A DNA stretch of 16,993 nucleotides. Source: an uncultured archaeon (GTDB lineage: Archaea > Asgardarchaeota > Lokiarchaeia > Sigyniarchaeales > SOKP01). Both the position numbers and the translations under genes were made by a program. Position 1 is the stretch's first letter. Each line of letters starts with the position of its first letter. Below are positions 15,997 through 16,993 of this stretch, piece after piece. The stretch covers positions 1 to 16,993 of the forward strand of contig CAZBPC010000073.1 in assembly GCA_964493715.1 (NCBI GenBank). The letters run 5' to 3'. The notes beneath the pieces were generated by a model. The model was not told the DNA's origin. It did not search any database and was given only the letters and a program-made list of their open reading frames with translations.

Positions 15997-16719
15997 ATGG
16001 GTTTGACTATGAAAAATAAAGGAAAAATTATTGCTCTCCTTATATTAATTGGAATTGCTTCGGTTTTTGGAGTGATTTTTCTTCCTATTTTAGTTGATTC
16101 TCTTGGTCCAAGTCCTAAATTCGTTTCTCATGATTGGATTGAATTAGAAAAAATAGGAAATATCAGTAAATATCATTCTACGATTGGACATGGTTATCCT
16201 GGTGATGATAATCCTACCTCAGACAAACACTATTTCTATCAATACGACTGTTTTACTAATACTACATTGAATATGAAGACTTTTGCTCCTGTGGATGCTA
16301 TAGTAATTAGCATTATGCCTGAAACACACGTTTTATCTAACGGAGAAATCCAAGGTAAACAAATCCATCTGAAATCCATTGAGCATCCTTCCATCGTTTT
16401 TAGAATTTTTCATCAAAACATTGAAACAACAGGATTACAATTATGGCAGATACTTAACGCAGGAGATCAAGTTGGATATTGTGACTTAAGAGAATGCGTT
16501 AATATTGATATCGCGGTATTTCGAGGTTTTAGTACAATTTCTTGGTTTGAGGTGTTGAATCCTGCTGTTATGGCAACATATGAAAGCCGCGGAATTACAT
16601 TAGACAATATTATCAAAACGACTGAGCAAATCGCTCAATCCCAAGCAGATGGATATAACTTCTCAAATTATGATCCCTCAGATATTATCAATCTTTTCGG
16701 AACAAGTCCTTGCCCGTAA
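15997..16719 (+). CDS. Membrane-anchored/secreted hypothetical protein with M23/LytM-like (duplicated hybrid) features
   Basis: Basic N-terminus plus one TM helix (KNKGKIIALLILIGIASVFGVIFLPILV); TFAPVDAIVISI, GKQIHLK, FRIFH and LNAGDQVG resemble the M23 scaffold. Start could be the ATG at 16009. Confidence 0.6.
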   Translation: MGLTMKNKGKIIALLILIGIASVFGVIFLPILVDSLGPSPKFVSHDWIELEKIGNISKYHSTIGHGYPGDDNPTSDKHYFYQYDCFTNTTLNMKTFAPVDAIVISIMPETHVLSNGEIQGKQIHLKSIEHPSIVFRIFHQNIETTGLQLWQILNAGDQVGYCDLRECVNIDIAVFRGFSTISWFEVLNPAVMATYESRGITLDNIIKTTEQIAQSQADGYNFSNYDPSDIINLFGTSPCP

Positions 16720-16767
16720 ATTTCTTTTTTTTATATATTTATTTATTCTGAGTACCTACTTTATCAC

Positions 16768-16993
16768 ATGTCAATTAAAATTGAAAAAAATTATCCCGTT
16801 TGTACTATCATCATTGATAATCCAGAAGTAAAAAATGCAGTGGATGGTCCTACATCAGTTCAGCTTGCTAACGCTTTTCGTGATTTTGAACGAGATGAAG
16901 AAGCGTTAGTCGCAGTATTATGGGGGACTCACGGAATTTTCTGTTCAGGTGCTAACCTTAAGGAAATAGCTACTGGAAAAAGAAATAGAATAG
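16768..16993 (+). CDS. Enoyl-CoA hydratase/crotonase family protein, 3'-truncated by the window edge (not in the ORF track)
   Basis: Translates as MSIKIEKNYPVCTIIIDNPEVKNAVDGPTSVQLANAFRDFERDEEALVAVLWGTHGIFCSGANLKEIATGKRNRI, containing the crotonase N-terminus (P...NA) and the first oxyanion-hole motif (FCSGANL). Confidence 0.9.
   Translation, partial: MSIKIEKNYPVCTIIIDNPEVKNAVDGPTSVQLANAFRDFERDEEALVAVLWGTHGIFCSGANLKEIATGKRNRI

Noticed and set aside
371-16831. Short ORFs in the track (371-571, 1805-2011, 4321-4503, 5832-6062, 7138-7350, 8160-8396, 8226-8432, 8544-8744, 9996-10274, 11727-11960, 15343-15534, 16649-16831)
   Set aside because: All overlap confident genes in another frame or strand and show no recognisable motifs; treated as shadow ORFs.
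1-16993. tRNA, rRNA, CRISPR array, T-box leader before valS, or stop-codon recoding
   Set aside because: No GC-rich structured segments or spaced direct repeats were seen, the valS leader is only 75 bp, and all major ORFs end at family-typical lengths.

Overview
AT-rich, gene-dense prokaryotic window with no rRNA, tRNA, CRISPR array or mobile element that I can see. It most likely comes from an archaeon, and Lokiarchaeia/Asgard is my best guess. That is an inference from the TrmB-type regulator, TATA-like promoters, hairpin-less oligo(T) terminators and the expanded GPH-MFS and UroD-like paralogues. Genes in order: 5'-truncated TrmB-family regulator, SDR, membrane metal-dependent hydrolase, GPH/MelB-family transporter, DODA-type extradiol dioxygenase, second GPH transporter divergent from a UroD/MtaA-fold protein, third GPH transporter, bacterial-type valyl-tRNA synthetase, an operon of a second UroD/MtaA-fold protein with a divergent GH36/GH-D-like TIM barrel, a membrane-anchored M23-like hypothetical and a 3'-truncated crotonase. 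Three things stand out. (1) The ValRS has PLP in place of the near-invariant PPP triplet, plus HSGH, KISKS and WVARE variants. (2) GPH transporters, UroD/MtaA-fold metalloenzymes and an atypical GH36-like enzyme recur together and may form an undescribed glycoside-processing system. (3) A TGAY-N5-RTCA palindrome is shared by the promoters of the two paralogous transporters.
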